Of a stretch of 64,000 nucleotides of DNA, positions 60,809 to 64,000 are shown piece by piece. Position 1 is the stretch's first letter; every line of letters starts with the position of its first letter. The notes beneath the pieces are model-generated. The model was not told where the DNA came from. It searched no databases and was given only the letters and a program-made list of their open reading frames with translations. Both the position numbers and the translations under genes were made by a program. The stretch is from a virus, in IMG/VR virus record IMGVR_UViG_3300006735_000020, positions 1 to 64,000 of that record; one strand, written 5' to 3'.

Positions 60809-61858
60809 TTACCTTAATCCAGTCGACTCAAAAACATCTCTAGTAACACCAGCTTTAAAGCCTCCTTCAATACCTTTTACAATAACTGATACAGCATTAT
60901 GACTATGCAAACTCTCATTATGAGAAGCTACAATCTTAAAGTCTAAGATACGGGATTCGTTAGTAAGCTTTTCATATAACAGTCTCACAGCGTCTTCCAC
61001 GAACTTTAAGTAAGCACCATTCTTTTCAGCAAATGCTTGCTCATCTTCTCGCTTAACCATAACTTGTGTCTCAGTTTGTAGAGCATCGAGACATAATTCT
61101 TGAATATCTTCAATCCAAAGCATATCTTCAAACTTTACACTTACACGAGCAACGCTTCTCTGACTATGAGGTACAGTAGCTCTATTACGATACTTCTCAG
61201 CATGCTCACTTAATTCAAAGCTACAAGGACAGGCAGAAGAATAAACAAAATCAAAATGAATATACTTCTTAAATTCACCCTCTTTAGTTAAGTCACCTTC
61301 AAATACCACATCATAGTATTGATAACCTTCTAGACCACTACGTAAGCTTTTTTGTTTAATAGGGTAAGAAATTTTAAGCATTATTCTTGAGTCAAAACAC
61401 TTGAGATTATTTTTATAAGTCTCTAAAACGTCTTTAATCTTATCAATACTAAATGTCTCATCCTTATGATCGTAAAAACTTCTCATAATACGTGACATAT
61501 TAATGCCTTTCTTATGAGCTTCTAAACTAACACTACCAGTAACACTCGTTTCTAGTTCAATAGTCTTACCATTTCTCTTTTTATAAGTCAAAGGCAGTTT
61601 AAAGTTATGAATACCTACTTGCTGAATAGGAACTGCCGCACCTTGAATTAAGCTAGATGGTCCATTTTGCAGATCAGGTAAAGAAGATATATACTCTTTA
61701 GTAGCGACGACGTTTTTATCATAAACTCGAATAGGAGGAAAATAACTACTGCTATATTCTTCACCCATTATTTTTTTTGCAATAACATCTTTTTCGCCAG
61801 TAAGTTCATCATCCTCTCCTAGCCACTCATAATTAGAATCTTTTTTACTTTTACTCAT
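60809..61858 (-). CDS. folE2: GTP cyclohydrolase IB
   Basis: KGINMSR, SACPCS, PHSQRS, VKREDE, FVEDAVR, ESLHSHNA. Confidence 0.92.
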   Translation of the reverse strand: MSKSKKDSNYEWLGEDDELTGEKDVIAKKIMGEEYSSSYFPPIRVYDKNVVATKEYISSLPDLQNGPSSLIQGAAVPIQQVGIHNFKLPLTYKKRNGKTIELETSVTGSVSLEAHKKGINMSRIMRSFYDHKDETFSIDKIKDVLETYKNNLKCFDSRIMLKISYPIKQKSLRSGLEGYQYYDVVFEGDLTKEGEFKKYIHFDFVYSSACPCSFELSEHAEKYRNRATVPHSQRSVARVSVKFEDMLWIEDIQELCLDALQTETQVMVKREDEQAFAEKNGAYLKFVEDAVRLLYEKLTNESRILDFKIVASHNESLHSHNAVSVIVKGIEGGFKAGVTRDVFESTGLR

Positions 61859-61912
61859 TTATATGATACTATTATAACTACAATATTTGATTTTCAAGAC
61901 TAAATATTGTAT

Positions 61913-63334
61913 ATGGCGAAAATGTCACAAAAAGAACTGGTTGAAGAAGGTTTTTCAGATAAGATACGTGGTATAGCGAAAGCGGTTAAAACCGGTGTTA
62001 AGCAAGCTGCTCAGCAAGGTGTAAATTTAGATACCGGTCAGCTAACTACGGGGATGTATAAGTCTTATAAAGGCGAGCAACCAGTAGCGTTCCTTAAGAA
62101 AGCTCTAGAGAATGACAAAGAGATTGGGATAGTTAAAATTGACAAGAGTAATATTAAAAAACAACAAGCAAGTGGTAAGAAGGGTTACCTAGGTCGAATT
62201 GTTGGACCGAAAACAGTAACTTTAATTCCATTCGAAGGTACTTTATATAATAAGAAGGAGAGGCGTTATGAGGGACCTGGAGCTGGTACTTCACCTCCAC
62301 CTGATGCTGTAAATGCGGAGCTTAAAAATGAAAAGACAGCATATATGGGTGATTCAAGAGGTGAAAGAGGTAAGTACAGACCGGTAAGTGAGAAGGGATC
62401 AGTAAAAAAACGACTGTTGGGAGCTCTAACCAAGATAGGTATAGATGATCAATCGGCAAAAGAGTTCGCTTTATATTTAAGTAAAAATATGAAACGAGTT
62501 CTCGCAGGGATACAGAAAACAAGAGCTGGACGTGGTTATGATTTTACGTTTGATCCTGATGCAGCACTCGGTGTAACTAAGACAACAAAGAAGGCTCCGA
62601 AGTTTCCTAGAGCGGGAGGTGTTGCCGAGGGTCCTACTGTGCAAGAGTTACAAGATAACCCTCCTAAAACAAAAAAGTTAGTTATACCAGAAGGTTTTAC
62701 TTTAAGAGATATTATTCAGTTATCTAAAAAGGTTTTGCTTTTTGAAGAGCCAGGGGATGACTTTTCTGAATATAAAAAAATGGGCCCTGCTAAATTTATT
62801 GCTAATTTATCTGATGAACAAATGGAATCCTTGTTAAAGGATATTCAAGAGATACAGCCTGGATTAGACGTGCAATTTAAATTAAAAGCATCACAAGACT
62901 ATCTTGATAGAAAAGAGAAAGAAGAGACTGGTCCGAAATCAGACTATCAAGGTGAAACAGGGATGTTTGTAGCAGAAATATTTAGAACGAAAGATGGATT
63001 ACAGCTTGGCGATATATATAGACAAGAAGATCCAACAGACGTTGTTAGAGGCGCGCAACAAAGTAAGAGTAAAGAAGAAGTTAAACTGTCCCCATTTGAT
63101 AAAACTGTAGAAACCTTAAAAACTAAGAATAATCTTAAAGCTAACACGCTAGTATCTGCAATCAAAGAAATTAATGATGTTAATATAATAACTAATATTA
63201 CCGGTGGCAAGGAAGGGGATAGATTATCTGATGATGATATAGTAAAAATTAAAAACGAGTTAATTAAGCAAAAGATCATTAAAGAAAAAAGTTCTCAAAA
63301 AATCCTGCTTCGACAGTTGACTTCGCTTTCCTAA
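61913..63334 (+). CDS. Large late hypothetical protein, probable head-internal (start revised to ATG 61913)
   Basis: TAAATA 61901-61906 then N6-ATG; leader MAKMSQKELVEE. Confidence 0.6.
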   Translation: MAKMSQKELVEEGFSDKIRGIAKAVKTGVKQAAQQGVNLDTGQLTTGMYKSYKGEQPVAFLKKALENDKEIGIVKIDKSNIKKQQASGKKGYLGRIVGPKTVTLIPFEGTLYNKKERRYEGPGAGTSPPPDAVNAELKNEKTAYMGDSRGERGKYRPVSEKGSVKKRLLGALTKIGIDDQSAKEFALYLSKNMKRVLAGIQKTRAGRGYDFTFDPDAALGVTKTTKKAPKFPRAGGVAEGPTVQELQDNPPKTKKLVIPEGFTLRDIIQLSKKVLLFEEPGDDFSEYKKMGPAKFIANLSDEQMESLLKDIQEIQPGLDVQFKLKASQDYLDRKEKEETGPKSDYQGETGMFVAEIFRTKDGLQLGDIYRQEDPTDVVRGAQQSKSKEEVKLSPFDKTVETLKTKNNLKANTLVSAIKEINDVNIITNITGGKEGDRLSDDDIVKIKNELIKQKIIKEKSSQKILLRQLTSLS

Positions 63335-63422
63335 TAATTAATTAACCGAGACCAGACGAGGGAAAGCCTTTTAAATTCACCTCTGCAGTTGATTTTTACT
63401 TGCATCCTCATATAATAATATT

Positions 63423-64000
63423 ATGACTTATACATCTTCGAAGGTACTCGAATTAGGATCAACAGCATTTCGTCAGCCTAATGCAGATTCTCATTGCAAA
63501 TATTTACATGGCTATCAACTCAAAGCAGAACTTACTTTTGGTTGTGAAAAACTAGATAACAATAACTGGGTATTTGATTTTGGTGGGTTAAAACAACTTA
63601 AAGAAATTTTTAATAATCAATTTGATCATACTACTGTTATTTCTGGTTTAGATCCTGATTTGGATACTTTTAAGGACTTGCAAGATAAAAATATTATTCA
63701 ACTAAGAATTCTAGAAACTGGTGTAGGTATTGAAAAATTTGGTGAATGGGTATTTAAGACTGCAGATACGTATATTGAAGAAGCAACTGAAGGACGCGTA
63801 TGGATTGAAAACGTAACAGTATTTGAGCATGGTAATAACTTTGCATCATGTCATAAGTCTGTAAAAGCTGGATCAACGTTTGTTGATGAAGAGGGTACTA
63901 AAACACATGTTGTTGAGGATGTGGCTCCGGAAGAGCCAATCACTACAACAGAACCACCGGAACAGCGAGTTGATCCAAGAGCTGCTAATGTTGGTCCTGC
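63423..64000 (+). CDS. queD: 6-carboxytetrahydropterin synthase QueD (3'-truncated; not in ORF track)
   Basis: AFRQPNADSHCKYLHGY, WVFDFGGLK, FDHT, GIEKF, VFEHGNN; TTGATT-N16-TATAAT promoter upstream. Confidence 0.88.
   Translation, partial: MTYTSSKVLELGSTAFRQPNADSHCKYLHGYQLKAELTFGCEKLDNNNWVFDFGGLKQLKEIFNNQFDHTTVISGLDPDLDTFKDLQDKNIIQLRILETGVGIEKFGEWVFKTADTYIEEATEGRVWIENVTVFEHGNNFASCHKSVKAGSTFVDEEGTKTHVVEDVAPEEPITTTEPPEQRVDPRAANVGP

Noticed and set aside
18-63279. Many short antisense or alternate-frame ORFs in the track (e.g. 18-200, 934-1194, 12887-13282, 41247-41585, 43310-43795, 55919-56239)
   Set aside because: They lie within well-supported genes, lack promoter motifs and have shadow-ORF composition
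63335-63422. preQ1 riboswitch upstream of queD
   Set aside because: No recognisable preQ1 consensus, and the promoter sits 6 nt from the ATG leaving no leader; weak GAGG/CCTC pairing is insufficient to call an RNA
1-64000. Stop-codon reassignment, inteins or introns
   Set aside because: Core genes are full length and uninterrupted in the standard code, with TAA, TAG and TGA all used as stops

Overview
A 64-kb, AT-rich, gene-dense segment of a large T4-like (myovirus) phage genome in the standard genetic code. It holds: (i) a + strand baseplate/tail-fibre block (1.8-27 kb: gp25, gp6, PKD/lectin-like proteins, two paralogous fibre pairs, a mucin-like serine-protease protein and a GT2); (ii) a mostly - strand replication/recombination block (27-52 kb: primase, RNase H, clamp, gp32, DHH, helicase, UvsX, Hsp20, family-B polymerase, gp46/47, gp55 late sigma, UvsW/Y); (iii) dispersed 7-deazaguanine genes (QueC lacking its Zn cysteines, stand-alone class II glutamine amidotransferase, FolE2, QueD), three glycosyltransferases and two methyltransferases; (iv) a + strand cluster (52-63 kb) of probable capsid-internal proteins. 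The most striking unexplained patterns are a strong L-S-[A/G/S] enrichment confined to peripheral virion proteins (candidate glycosylation sequon), capsid-targeting-like leaders plus internal E-[D/N/G]-A-E sites framing small basic modules, three promoter classes that almost all give leaderless mRNAs, and a ~170-nt structured ncRNA after hsp20. All assignments and counts are by eye from motifs; no database searches were run.
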